64,000 nt of DNA from an uncultured Verrucomicrobiota bacterium (lineage in GTDB: Bacteria; Verrucomicrobiota; Verrucomicrobiia; Limisphaerales; UBA9464): assembly GCA_903907925.1 (NCBI GenBank), contig CAIVQB010000070.1, positions 61,448 to 125,447 on the forward strand. The letters run 5' to 3'. Each line of letters opens with the position of its first letter. Positions within the stretch are counted from its first letter, which is position 1. Position numbers and translations under genes: made by a program. Below the pieces are notes generated by a model. That model was not told the DNA's origin. It made no database searches and was given only the letters and a program-made list of their open reading frames with translations. Shown one piece after another: positions 45,091 through 54,952 of the stretch.

Positions 45091-45130
45091 ATTCAGACGG
45101 GATGAACAGAATGGACGGAATGGATCAGCA
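45091..45130 (+). repeat. dispersed intergenic element, copy A (imperfect 9-mers GGGATGAAC AGAATGGAC GGAATGGAT)
   Basis: Sequence is ATTCAGACGGGATGAACAGAATGGACGGAATGGATCAGCA. About 36 of 41 positions match 60388..60428. It lies between convergent genes and is followed by GAATCCGTGT GAATCCGTGA 10-mers. Confidence 0.75.
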
Positions 45131-45193
45131 CTTTTGGAATCCGTGTGAATCCGTGAAATCAGTGTCCTCTGCGCTTCTTCTGAAGTGTTCCGT

Positions 45194-46645
45194 TCAGGCA
45201 AACACGGCGTCGACCGGGACGCCTTTGCCGTCCTCGGTGGCGTAGAACGGGCGTTGTTCGATGTTGAATGCGGTCTTTGGACTGACCCCCATCGCGTTGA
45301 AAATCGTCGCGTGCAGGTCGCGGATGCTCACGGGGTTCTTCACCGCAACGAGCGGGCGTTCATCCGCGGTCGCACCGTGGACGTAACCGCGCTTCATGCC
45401 GCCGCCAAACAGAACCACGCTGGTCCCACCGGTGAAATGGCGGTGCAATCCGTAGTGCTTGGCTTCCTGCAACGTTTCCGAAGGAGCGGTGGCCTGGTCG
45501 GTCGCCTTGGATCCGGGAACGCCCTCGATCAGCGCGTCGCGGCTGAACTCGCTGGACAGCACCACCAGGGTGCGGTCGAGCAGTCCGCGGGATTCCAGAT
45601 CACGAATCAACCGGGCAATTGGCCCGTCGATTTCGTGGTGCATCCGATCCACCGTTGAATGGCCGTCGGCATGAGTGTCCCAGTGGAAGAACGGCACGTA
45701 TTCGGTGGTGACCTCGACGAAGCGGGCGCCGTTTTCGACCAGGCGGCGGGCGAGCAGGCAGCCCTTGGCGAAATGGGTGTCGCCGTACGCGTCGCGGGAT
45801 TCTTTCGGCTCGAGCGAAAGATCGAACGCCGCGCTTTCCTTGGAGCCGAGCAGGCGTTGCGCGTTGTCCATGGCGCGCAGCATCGATTCCTGCTGGTGAT
45901 CACTGAGGTATTCGCGATGCGGATTCCGGTCGATGAGCTGGCGATAGAATCGATAACGATCAGCAAACCGACCCGGAGTCATTCCCGGTGGCGGTTGAAC
46001 CGCCGACGCCGCGGCGGCGGGATCCGGCAGGTTCATCGGCCCGAATTCGTTCCCGAAGAATCCTGCGGTGGTGAAGGCCTTGAGTTCCTCGGATTCACCA
46101 TTGCCCTCCAGCCGCTGGCCGATGTTGATGAAGGCGGGCATCACCGGGTTGCGAGGTCCGAGAACGCGGGCCATCCAGGCACCGATGTGGGGGCAGGCGA
46201 CGGTTTGCGGGGGCACGTAGCCGGTATGCCAATGGTACTGGTGCCGTGAGTGCAGGATGCTGCCGAGATCGGGTTGAACCGCCGATCGGATCAGTGTCGC
46301 GCGGTCCATGACCTTGGCGACCTGTTCGAGCCCCTGGCAGATGCGGAGTCCGTCGACGGCGGTGTCGATCGCGGGAAAGGTGCTGAGCATCTTCGACACC
46401 GGCAGGCCTTTTTCGAACGGACTGTAGCGCTTCGGATCGAAGGTTTCCGGTGCCGCCATGCCGCCGCCCATCCACAACAGGATGCAGGCATCAGCGCGGG
46501 CCCGCGGCGCATCGGGCGTTTCGCCGCCGGCACCGGCACCGAACAGGCGCGGCTCGGGAGACATCAGCGCGGCCAGCCCGGCGGCGGAAAGTTTCTTGAG
46601 GAAATCCCGGCGCGGATTGGAGGGATCCAGGTCGAATGGTTTCAT
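45194..46645 (-). CDS. DUF1501 (sulfatase/alkaline-phosphatase-superfamily-like) protein with Tat-type signal
   Basis: ATG at 46645. The Tat-like motif is NPRRDFLKKLSAAGLAAL. Also present are ILLWMGGGMAAPETFDPK and the C-terminal HGATDE...V.IRDLHATI. Confidence 0.85.
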   Translation of the reverse strand: MKPFDLDPSNPRRDFLKKLSAAGLAALMSPEPRLFGAGAGGETPDAPRARADACILLWMGGGMAAPETFDPKRYSPFEKGLPVSKMLSTFPAIDTAVDGLRICQGLEQVAKVMDRATLIRSAVQPDLGSILHSRHQYHWHTGYVPPQTVACPHIGAWMARVLGPRNPVMPAFINIGQRLEGNGESEELKAFTTAGFFGNEFGPMNLPDPAAAASAVQPPPGMTPGRFADRYRFYRQLIDRNPHREYLSDHQQESMLRAMDNAQRLLGSKESAAFDLSLEPKESRDAYGDTHFAKGCLLARRLVENGARFVEVTTEYVPFFHWDTHADGHSTVDRMHHEIDGPIARLIRDLESRGLLDRTLVVLSSEFSRDALIEGVPGSKATDQATAPSETLQEAKHYGLHRHFTGGTSVVLFGGGMKRGYVHGATADERPLVAVKNPVSIRDLHATIFNAMGVSPKTAFNIEQRPFYATEDGKGVPVDAVFA

Positions 46646-46689
46646 GGCAGGATGGGCTGAGTCGGCAGGGGACAGTAGGTCGGGATCGG

Positions 46690-49095
46690 TCACCGCACGA
46701 GTTGGAATTCGGGGAGGAGAACGATGCTCCAAAGCAGGTCTTCGACGCCCTCGGGGGTGGGCTTCGGGCCGAGCTGCGTACTGGCGAATTCGAGTTCCGG
46801 CTTCGCGGGCGGGCGGGCGAGGGCGGCGTGGTACAACCAGTCGACGAGCGCCCCGGAGGACTTCCAGTCGCGGGCCGCGAGTTGTTTCGCACCTTCAGTG
46901 ATGCGTCCGGCGAGGAGGGGACCATTGCTCAGGTCCATCGCCTCGAGGGTCGAGAGTTCGTCGGGGCGCACGCTGACGATTTGTTCGCGATTGGGCCTGC
47001 CGAGCGTGCGTTGAAGCGGATCGCTCTTCAGCAGGGCGGTGCGGACCATGGGATGATCCAGGGTCGTCGCCAGGGTGAGCGCCGCGCCGATGCCGCCGGC
47101 GGTTGAGTCGCGCCACGGGGCATCGTCGACCGCGGCGACGGGTTGCCAGGGCGCAGCGGCGTCCTTGATCCGGCCCTGATCGTCGGGTTTGGCGCGAACA
47201 AACGTCCAATCCGGCCCGGTGCCCAAGCTGCCGGTGTGGCCGTCCTTGAACCGCCACTGCGCCTCGAAGAAAAGCCCGGCCGGGTTGGGCGCGTCGCCGC
47301 CGTTCTTCGCGAAGATGACGAACTCATTGGTGCCGGCGCGGAGCAGGGAGGTGAGGTCCACTGACTCGACGGTTTCCCAGTTGTCATCGGACTTCACCTT
47401 TCGACCGTTCACGTACAGGGAATACGAATTGTCGGCGGTGATCGCGGCACCCGCGACGGCCGGGCGTTCCGACAATTCGAGCGAACGCCGAACAGTGATC
47501 GCGTCACCGGCCGGCGGTGGGGTGGTGCCGCTGGCCCAGATCCACCGCGCGGTCGGTTTCAGGGAAGGATCGGAATGCGCGCGAACCACCGGGGCATCGA
47601 AGCGCTCAGGTGCGGTTCCGGTGAGCTGCCAGAGGGCGTCGAGAAATTGTTCGGCGGACAGACGTTTCGCCCGTGGACCGGTATAGTGATAGCCGTGGTC
47701 GTCAGTCCCGGCTTTTCGCACTTCAGAGCGGGACTGGTAGGCGGCGGAGTTGCAGATCAACGCCAGGGTGGCCTTGAGATTGTAGTGGTTGTCCGCGAGA
47801 TGGGTTGCCAGACCGTCGAGAAGATCGGCGTTCCAGGGCTCGGTCTGCATCGCGTCGGTCGGATGGACGATGCCGCGGCCCATGAGCCGGTGCCAGAAGC
47901 GGTTCACCAGCGTGCGCGAAAACCGGCCGTTGTCGGGATGGGTCAACAACCGCGCCAACTGTTTCAGCCGTTCAGATTGCGGGGCCGCCGAATCGATCTG
48001 GCCTATCTCCGGGAAGAGCCAGGCGGGGACGGCGAGAGTGCCGGTGGGCTTGTCGCAACGATGCAATTCCAGCGGCTGGGTGGCGTAGATGGCGGCCAGG
48101 CCGTAGGATTCCCGGAGCGTCCAACGGTCGATGAAACTGTCGTGACACGACGCGCATTTCAGGTTGATGCCGAGAAAGGTTTGACCGACGGACTGCGCGA
48201 ACTGGACGGGAACCGCCTGACCGGCACTGACGGCGCCACGCCATTGGATGCCCCGCGAAAAACCCTCGCTGTCGGGTGTGGGCGAGACGAGTTCCCGGGC
48301 GAATTGATCGTACGGCTTGTTTTCAATCAGGGCACGATAGAGCCAGGACGAGATCTGCCGGCGTCCGCCGTCGATGTAGCCGGTTCCCGCATAATCATTC
48401 CGGAGAAGATCATTCCAAAATGACAGCCAGTGCTCGGCATAGGCGACGTCGTTGGTGAGCAGTCGGTCGACGAGGCGCGCGCGCTTGTCCGGCCGGCGGT
48501 CGGCGAGGAAGGTGGCGAGGGCATTCGGTTCGGGCAGCAGTCCGACAAGATCGAGGTGAACCCGCCGGGCGAAGGTGGCGTCGTCGAGCGGTGCCGGGCG
48601 GGATTGATGAAGTCGCGTGAATTGGGCGTCCAGGACGCGGTCGATCAGGTTGGTGCGGCCGCCGTGGACGGCGGGCAGCACGGGTCGGCGTGGTTTCAAC
48701 GGCGGCTCGTACGCGGGTTTGCGGAACGAGAACCCTTCGATCCACACCGCGCCTTCCTCGATCCATTTATGGAGTTTCCCGGATTCCTCGGCGGTCAGGC
48801 GCGGCCCCTTCGGCGGCATGCGATGATCGGGGTCGGATGAAAGAACGGCGTCCAGCAGCGGACTGCGCCGCACGTCGCCGGGTTGGACCACCGGACCGTC
48901 CTCGCCGCCCTTCATCAGGGTTTCGCGGGTGTTGAGCGACAGGCCGCCCTTCTTCTTGTCGCCGGCGTGGCACTCGGCGCAGTGCTGGCGGAGAATGGGA
49001 ACGATGTCGTGCGAAAAGTCGACCGACGCGGCGGCCGCGTCGCGCGGCAGCACGACGACCAGGGCGAGGGCGGACACAGCAAAAAATCGGCGCAT
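46690..49095 (-). CDS. PSCyt1 / DUF1549 / DUF1553 (PSD1) family protein
   Basis: It has a signal peptide. The cytochrome-like motif is ILRQHCAECHAGDKKKGGLSL. The DUF1549-like part is FARRVHLDLVGLLPEP...DRLL, with CASCHDSFIDRW. The DUF1553-type C-terminus is NREQIVSVR ... LLPEFQLVR. Confidence 0.88.
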   Translation of the reverse strand: MRRFFAVSALALVVVLPRDAAAASVDFSHDIVPILRQHCAECHAGDKKKGGLSLNTRETLMKGGEDGPVVQPGDVRRSPLLDAVLSSDPDHRMPPKGPRLTAEESGKLHKWIEEGAVWIEGFSFRKPAYEPPLKPRRPVLPAVHGGRTNLIDRVLDAQFTRLHQSRPAPLDDATFARRVHLDLVGLLPEPNALATFLADRRPDKRARLVDRLLTNDVAYAEHWLSFWNDLLRNDYAGTGYIDGGRRQISSWLYRALIENKPYDQFARELVSPTPDSEGFSRGIQWRGAVSAGQAVPVQFAQSVGQTFLGINLKCASCHDSFIDRWTLRESYGLAAIYATQPLELHRCDKPTGTLAVPAWLFPEIGQIDSAAPQSERLKQLARLLTHPDNGRFSRTLVNRFWHRLMGRGIVHPTDAMQTEPWNADLLDGLATHLADNHYNLKATLALICNSAAYQSRSEVRKAGTDDHGYHYTGPRAKRLSAEQFLDALWQLTGTAPERFDAPVVRAHSDPSLKPTARWIWASGTTPPPAGDAITVRRSLELSERPAVAGAAITADNSYSLYVNGRKVKSDDNWETVESVDLTSLLRAGTNEFVIFAKNGGDAPNPAGLFFEAQWRFKDGHTGSLGTGPDWTFVRAKPDDQGRIKDAAAPWQPVAAVDDAPWRDSTAGGIGAALTLATTLDHPMVRTALLKSDPLQRTLGRPNREQIVSVRPDELSTLEAMDLSNGPLLAGRITEGAKQLAARDWKSSGALVDWLYHAALARPPAKPELEFASTQLGPKPTPEGVEDLLWSIVLLPEFQLVR

Positions 49096-49297
49096 GGTGA
49101 CGCCCGGAGTTCACCACATCCGGGGCGCGGGAAGGAAGAGCCGATCTGTCTGGTGGCGGTCCGATTCCGAAATGCCTCCCGATTTCCAATTGCCAAACCC
49201 GGGGTGGTTTTCTAGCACGGGATGATATTCAAGGCTGGCGCCGGCGGAGCGGTGGGCCTTGGTCCGAAAACCCAGTTCAACCCAGGAGACCCGCACC

Positions 49298-50245
49298 ATG
49301 AATGAGCCCAGCAAATTTCAGCGGAGTTGGTTGCTGTTTCGCAGCGCCATTTCGGTGATCGCGCGCCAGCCGAAGCTGCTGGCCTTCCCCGCCCTCAGCA
49401 GCCTCTTTGTCCTGGCGATCGTCGGCTTTTTCCTCGGCGGCATCGCCCTGCAACCCACCGGACATCCCTTCACCTCGGGCGAACATTGGCAGGCGGTGGT
49501 GAAATCGCTGGGATACTCTGATGTTCAGGCGGCCGCCTCCAATGGCGCTGGTGCGCGACACAGTGTCCAGTTCAACGGACCGGGAGCCCTGATTCTCGCG
49601 GCGATCTACCTCGTCTCGATGTTTTTTGCCACCTACTTCAACGTGGCGTTCTACCATGAAATCCTCGCGGCGTTGCGCGGTGATCAGGTTTCGTTGCGCC
49701 GCGGATTCAGGTTCGCCGGGTCGCGGGTGACGGCCATCCTCCTCTGGACGCTCTTTGCCGGTTTGGTGGGACTCATCATCAAGGAGATTTCTGAACGGCT
49801 GGGCTGGGTTGGTTCCTTGATCACCCGCTTTCTCGGACTGGCCTGGAGCGTGGCCACGGTGTTTGCCATTCCCGTACTGGTGAGCGAACGCGAGACTTCG
49901 AATCCCCTCAACATCCTCAAGAAGTCGGCTACGACACTCAGGGGAACCTGGGGCGAAGCGCTGATCGGCTATGTGGGTCTGAGCTTCGCTTCGCTGCTGG
50001 TGGGGTTGGCGACGGTGGTCGTCATTGGCGGGGCGGTGACCGCGATGGCCGTGATGCAAACCTTCGTCCTGCCGATCGTGGTGATCGCGGTCTGGGTCGC
50101 GCTGCTCGTGGTGTATTCCTATGTGATGGGCGTGGCCGGGCAGGTTTATAAGGGTGCTCTTTTTCTCTATGCCACCGAGAGAATCGTGGTGGAGCCGTTC
50201 AATCAGGAAATGCTGGAACGCGCCTGGAAGTATAAGAAAGTGTGA
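49298..50245 (+). CDS. polytopic membrane protein (resembles the DUF6159 family from memory)
   Basis: ATG at 49298. The N-terminus is FQRSWLLFRSAISVIARQPKLLAFPALSSLFVLAIVGFFL, with about 6 TM segments. Confidence 0.6.
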   Translation: MNEPSKFQRSWLLFRSAISVIARQPKLLAFPALSSLFVLAIVGFFLGGIALQPTGHPFTSGEHWQAVVKSLGYSDVQAAASNGAGARHSVQFNGPGALILAAIYLVSMFFATYFNVAFYHEILAALRGDQVSLRRGFRFAGSRVTAILLWTLFAGLVGLIIKEISERLGWVGSLITRFLGLAWSVATVFAIPVLVSERETSNPLNILKKSATTLRGTWGEALIGYVGLSFASLLVGLATVVVIGGAVTAMAVMQTFVLPIVVIAVWVALLVVYSYVMGVAGQVYKGALFLYATERIVVEPFNQEMLERAWKYKKV

Positions 50246-50441
50246 CCTCGAAGTGGTGTGGGAGGCGCGGCAGGCGGCCTCGTCGTGGAAGGTTGGAGAG
50301 TTTGGGAAATGACGAGGGTGTCGTTGGGGGCAGCGTGGTGTTCCGGCCACTGCCCGTCGGCGCCGGGGTCTGTTGTTCTTGCGCGCGGAGGGGGGTGCTC
50401 CCAGAGTTTGCCGAGGGGTCGCGTGGGCCGCACCCCGATTC

Positions 50442-51428
50442 ATGACGCCCGAATCCATCGCTGTTTCTGCTGTTCCGAAGGTGTCCGTGATCCTCACGAC
50501 CTTCAAGCGAACCACCTATCTGGAGGAAGCGATCCGGAGTGTTCTGGCCCAAACCTTCGACAGCTACGAAATCATCGTCACCGACAATTCTCAAAGCCCC
50601 GAGATCGAGCGTATTTGCGCTTCGTTTTCCGGCACTGGAAAGGTGCGATACCGGCATAACTCCGGGAATGTCGGCGTGGTGAAAAGTCTCCGGAATGCGA
50701 TGAGCGAGGCGGTGGGTCGGTACATTTCCATTCTCAACGACGATGATGTTTGGGAGCCGGAATTTCTCGGTACGGTGGTTGGCATGATGGAGGCAGAACC
50801 CGGCTGCGTGGTCGGATTCTGCGATCATTGGATCATCGATGAACGCTCTGAAATCGATGAGGCGGCAACGAATGCCAATTCCCGCAAGCATGGTCGGATC
50901 GACCTGCCGGGCGGGCGGATCGCTGATCCCGCGGATTTCGTGATCCACCTGAACGGCGTGCCGCTGGCGATGGGCGCCGTCTTTGAGCGGGCGGCCCTTG
51001 ATCTCAGTCTGCTCGTGCCTGAAGCCGCCGGTGCCTATGACCTTTGGATGTCGGCCCATTTCGCCGCCCTGGGGCGTCCGTTCTGCTATGTTCCGCAACG
51101 TTTGACCCGCTACCGGGTTCATCGAACGATGGAAACGGCCCGTCAATGGGCGCACAAACACGACTGCCAGGTGTTTGTGTATTCCGAGGTGCTTCGGAGG
51201 AACCTGCTTCCCAACCAGACGCGCATTCTGCGGATGCGCCTGGCGGAGGCGTATTTTGGTTCCGGCCGCTCCAATCAAGCCGCCGGCAATCTTTCGATCG
51301 CCTACGGCTTTTTCGTCAAAGCGATTCGGGAACACCCCAGCCTGCGCTCGATTGCCGGACTCGCGGTGTGTCTCGTTTCCACTCCAGTGATCCTCCTCCG
51401 ACCGGCACCCAAGCCGCGAACGGACTGA
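50442..51428 (+). CDS. glycosyltransferase family 2
   Basis: ATG at 50442. The signature is VSVILTTFKRTTYLEEAIRSVLAQTFDSYEIIVTDNS...ILNDDDVWEPEFL. Confidence 0.85.
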   Translation: MTPESIAVSAVPKVSVILTTFKRTTYLEEAIRSVLAQTFDSYEIIVTDNSQSPEIERICASFSGTGKVRYRHNSGNVGVVKSLRNAMSEAVGRYISILNDDDVWEPEFLGTVVGMMEAEPGCVVGFCDHWIIDERSEIDEAATNANSRKHGRIDLPGGRIADPADFVIHLNGVPLAMGAVFERAALDLSLLVPEAAGAYDLWMSAHFAALGRPFCYVPQRLTRYRVHRTMETARQWAHKHDCQVFVYSEVLRRNLLPNQTRILRMRLAEAYFGSGRSNQAAGNLSIAYGFFVKAIREHPSLRSIAGLAVCLVSTPVILLRPAPKPRTD

Positions 51429-51433
51429 CCCGC

Positions 51434-52165
51434 TCAGCGGCGGTCGTTCAGCTTGGAGAGCAGGCGAAGGATTTCGAGATAAAGCCAGACAATCGTCACC
51501 AGCAGGCTGAATCCGCAATACCACTCCATGTAGGCCGGCGCACCGTCACGGACGGCGTTCTCGATCAGGTCGAAATCCAGGATCAGGTTGAGGGCGGCGA
51601 CTCCGACGATCACCAGGCTGATGCCGATGCTGAGCGGGCTGGCATCATGGAGAAACGGAACGCTTTTGCCAAAAAAGCCCATCACCATGCTGACCAGATA
51701 CATCAGCGCAATGGCACCGGTGGCGGCGAAGACGCCGAGTTTGAACTTCTCGGTGGCCCGGATGATGCGGAACCGGTAGAGCGCGAGCATCATTGCCAGG
51801 ACCCCCAGCGTCAGCCCAGCGGCCTGGAAGGCGATTCCCTGGTACTTGACGCTGAACAACAGCGAAATACTGCCCAAGGCGCACCCTTCGAGAATGGCGT
51901 ACGCCGGAGCGAGGATCGGCGACCATTCTTTTTTGAAGATGAGGACCAGGGCGACCATCAGCCCGCCCACACCGCCGCCCAACATCCAGCCTCCGGCGAG
52001 TGCGGGATTGGCCGAGGTCGAGTTCCAGGCCATGCCCGCGGAAAGAACGGTCAACAGCAGCAAAATGCCGCTCTTGAAGGTCACGCCGCCGAGGGTCATG
52101 ACCGGCCCGTCGACGCGGAGGTTGGCGAAGGATTTCTGACTCAAAACCGGGTTGTTCGATTCCAT
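51434..52165 (-). CDS. Bax inhibitor-1/YccA family membrane protein
   Basis: 243 aa starting MESNNPVLSQKSF, with 7 hydrophobic segments typical of the family. Confidence 0.8.
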   Translation of the reverse strand: MESNNPVLSQKSFANLRVDGPVMTLGGVTFKSGILLLLTVLSAGMAWNSTSANPALAGGWMLGGGVGGLMVALVLIFKKEWSPILAPAYAILEGCALGSISLLFSVKYQGIAFQAAGLTLGVLAMMLALYRFRIIRATEKFKLGVFAATGAIALMYLVSMVMGFFGKSVPFLHDASPLSIGISLVIVGVAALNLILDFDLIENAVRDGAPAYMEWYCGFSLLVTIVWLYLEILRLLSKLNDRR

Positions 52166-52267
52166 ACGACGGGGAACATAGGGGGTGCTGCCGCGGCGTC
52201 CAGTGCCGGGATTTGGTCTGAATTCGGTGGCCAGGGGAACCCTTCCCGCCGCCGGCCGTCGCCCGGG

Positions 52268-53149
52268 TCATTTCGCGCGCAGTTCGGCCTGGCGATGTTC
52301 GATGATTCTCCACGGTTCCGCCGGGAGATCATCCGGATCGACGAATCGCGCCAGGTCGCCGAGCGCGATGCACTGGTAGCCGTTCGACTTGAGCCAGGTG
52401 AGATACTCCACGAACCGTTCCAGAGGCGTGTTCACCCACGGATGCTCATGGTCTGGAACGCCGTGGAATTGCAGCACCGCAATCCGACCGTCCCGGGCCT
52501 GCACGGCGGCCTGCTTGAGATTTTCCAGAGTCCAGGTGGGCCGGGCATCGCCGGTGGTGGGAATGAGCAGCGGATGATCCCCGCGCGGTTCGTAGGGGAT
52601 GCCGCGGCCGGTTTCGTAGGCGAATTCCGGTTGCGCGCCGCGCCGGGCAAACTTGAAACCCAGTTCCCGCAGAATGGGCAGGGCGCCGGGGTGAATGGAA
52701 TTGCCGGGGTAGGCGAAACTCACCGGCTTCGGAATGCCGTGTTCCGCGCAGCGTTGGTTGATGTAGGTCACCTCGTTTCGCAGTCGCCCCAACGTATCTG
52801 CCCCGACGCCCATGTGGCTCTGGGTATGGTTGCCGATCTCGAATCCATCGCGGTGGAGTTCCGCGATCTGATCCCAAGTCATGTAGTCGGTTTTGTTGGT
52901 CGCAAAGGAAAAGCCTTCGGTGATGAAAAAGGTCGCGCTGAAGCCGAAGCGTTTCAGCAACGGCCGGACGTTCGTGTGGAGTGAGGCGACCGAGTCGTCG
53001 AAGGTCAGAACAACGAGTTTGTCAGGAACCGGTTGCAACGATCGGTGCGTGGATCCCTCAACCGCCGGATGGGACTCTTGCGCCGTGCAGGGTACGGACA
53101 CCGGGAGGAACAGCAGGATCAACAGGGCGGTTAGAATCGGGATTTTCAT
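52268..53149 (-). CDS. polysaccharide deacetylase (NodB-homology) family protein
   Basis: It has a signal peptide. Motifs are VVLTFDDSVASLHTNVRPLLKRFGFSATFFI and GNHTQSH. Confidence 0.8.
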   Translation of the reverse strand: MKIPILTALLILLFLPVSVPCTAQESHPAVEGSTHRSLQPVPDKLVVLTFDDSVASLHTNVRPLLKRFGFSATFFITEGFSFATNKTDYMTWDQIAELHRDGFEIGNHTQSHMGVGADTLGRLRNEVTYINQRCAEHGIPKPVSFAYPGNSIHPGALPILRELGFKFARRGAQPEFAYETGRGIPYEPRGDHPLLIPTTGDARPTWTLENLKQAAVQARDGRIAVLQFHGVPDHEHPWVNTPLERFVEYLTWLKSNGYQCIALGDLARFVDPDDLPAEPWRIIEHRQAELRAK

Positions 53150-53173
53150 GCCGTTCGAAGGGTTTGCGCGTCC

Positions 53174-54895
53174 TCACTTCTTTTCCACGGCGGGCTTGGC
53201 CGGCGGTGGTGGTGGCAGGACGGTGAGCCAAAACTTTGAGATCGTTTCCAGGACGAGCCGGCTGAAGCCCTGGGGAACACCGTTGTTTTCTCCGGTGGTG
53301 ACCAACGACATCACCGCCTCGCGTTCCCGACCGCCGACGGTCTCGGTCGCCACAATGCGGAATGCGCCGCTGAAGGATTTTGCACCACCGCTGGCCACCA
53401 GTTTCAGAATCCCTTCACCGGCAGTGCCGGCGACCTCGACAGGTTCGGCGAGAACGTCCGCGGGCAACCCAGCTGCGGTCAGTCGGACGGGGGCGGTGAA
53501 ACCGTAGCGTCGGGCAAGGGCGACCTTGATCTCGTTGGTTTTGCCGGGCTCCACCGAAAATGCGTTTTCGGCCACGGTGACGCCCAGCTCCGGTTTGGGT
53601 CGCCGGATGCTGAGTCGATACCAAAGGTCCGTGCCGCCATTCTGGAGGACGTTTCCGACCACCGCGAAGTAGTTGCCATCGGCGGGAACCGTCCATTCCA
53701 GGCGCGGATCCGGACCGGAGGCATCGTCGTTCCGAACGAGCTCCTTGCCAGCGGCATCCTCCAGCTTGAGCCAGGAATCCAGCAGGAATCCCAGCCGGGC
53801 GGACTGGACTTCCAACAGCAGGCGTTCGCCCTTTGCCGCCGGAAAAGCAAAGCGATCCTCGTCTCCGGCGCGATCCAGGTTGCCGGTGATGGCGCCCGGA
53901 ACCGGCACGGGATTCGCCGTTGCGCGATCGTCATTGGGTTCAGTCTCCAGCAATTCCGGTCCGTCACCGACCGGAAGTTCCACTGGATCGTCAAAGCCCG
54001 GGGGCTGAAATCGGACAAATCCAACTTCGGGATCGGTCGCGGCGGTCGGATTGAAGAGGACCCGTTCGTGTGGTGTTCGGAGGTTCCATCCGACGAGCTG
54101 CAACGCGGTATTTGTCCCGCGTTGGACCCCGAGGGGCAGTGTGTTTTTCAGGACGGGCCCTGAGGTGACGTGCAGGCGGTAAACCCCGGCGGGATTTCCG
54201 GCGAAGTGAATGTCGGAATCCGCCGGATAGGAGAATCCGAATACCTGCAGCACATATCGACCGGATGCGGGTGCGGTCCAGGCGAGAAAAGGATCCAGCG
54301 AACCCACACGGTCATGATTCAATGCCACCTGGATTCCCCGGGAATCGACGATTCGCAGCACCGGATCAATCGGCGTCATCAGGGCGTACGCTTCGATCCA
54401 TGCCACCAGGGTTTGTCCCGCCTCCAGCGTGACGGCGTAGGAATCCACATCGCCGGTTTTTTCCAGTCGTCCGTTCACGACCACCGGCAGGCGTTCGAGA
54501 ATCGGCGCGGCCACCCGGTCATCATTGGGCTCAACCTCCGCCAACTGCGGATCTCGGGTGAGGATTAGGATCCGTGGGGCGCTGGCTCCGTTGGTGTTGA
54601 AGGTGCGAATCCAAAGCGGACCTGGCGTGGCGTTGGTGGCAACGACGACAATCACCTGGTCCGCGTTGTTGTTGGGCTTGAACAGCATCCCCGGCGCGTC
54701 CGCCCAGATCTGCGGAGGCCACGGAGTTGAGTTCCCGACGAAGGTGAGGGTGTTCGTCGTTCCAATCTGTACCGCCGCTGGAAACAGATGATCCAGTACG
54801 GGGGCGGCGGCATGGCTCGCTGTGTCGAGCAGCGCCAGCCCGAGTCCGATGCTAAGCCGAATCCATGCGGTGGATGCCGATCCGATCCGGTTCAT
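53174..54895 (-). CDS. secreted protein with two pre-peptidase C-terminal (PPC)-type domains
   Basis: It has a signal peptide. Two EPND modules are present: EVEPNDDRVAAP...GDVDSYAVTLEAGQTL and ETEPNDDRATANP...GDEDRFAFPAAKGERL. Confidence 0.7.
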   Translation of the reverse strand: MNRIGSASTAWIRLSIGLGLALLDTASHAAAPVLDHLFPAAVQIGTTNTLTFVGNSTPWPPQIWADAPGMLFKPNNNADQVIVVVATNATPGPLWIRTFNTNGASAPRILILTRDPQLAEVEPNDDRVAAPILERLPVVVNGRLEKTGDVDSYAVTLEAGQTLVAWIEAYALMTPIDPVLRIVDSRGIQVALNHDRVGSLDPFLAWTAPASGRYVLQVFGFSYPADSDIHFAGNPAGVYRLHVTSGPVLKNTLPLGVQRGTNTALQLVGWNLRTPHERVLFNPTAATDPEVGFVRFQPPGFDDPVELPVGDGPELLETEPNDDRATANPVPVPGAITGNLDRAGDEDRFAFPAAKGERLLLEVQSARLGFLLDSWLKLEDAAGKELVRNDDASGPDPRLEWTVPADGNYFAVVGNVLQNGGTDLWYRLSIRRPKPELGVTVAENAFSVEPGKTNEIKVALARRYGFTAPVRLTAAGLPADVLAEPVEVAGTAGEGILKLVASGGAKSFSGAFRIVATETVGGREREAVMSLVTTGENNGVPQGFSRLVLETISKFWLTVLPPPPPAKPAVEKK

Positions 54896-54952
54896 TCTGT
54901 ATCATTCCGTCCAAATCCGGGAGTCGGTGGCTCGTTCCGGTTCGGATGCCCT

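Noticed and set aside
50246-50441. GCCACTG (50346-50352) as a possible cobalamin riboswitch B12-box region upstream of the GT2 gene
   Set aside because: I could not find the other conserved cobalamin-riboswitch elements, and the downstream gene has no link to B12.
49277-51524. 412-aa and 441-aa minus-strand ORFs (49277..50515, 50199..51524)
   Set aside because: They are antisense to the DUF6159-like membrane protein and the GT2 gene. The products are H/R/G/P-rich shadow ORFs.
51044-52984. 646-aa plus-strand ORF
   Set aside because: It runs antisense across the BI-1/YccA and deacetylase genes and through their intergenic gap. Both opposite-strand genes have clear family signatures.
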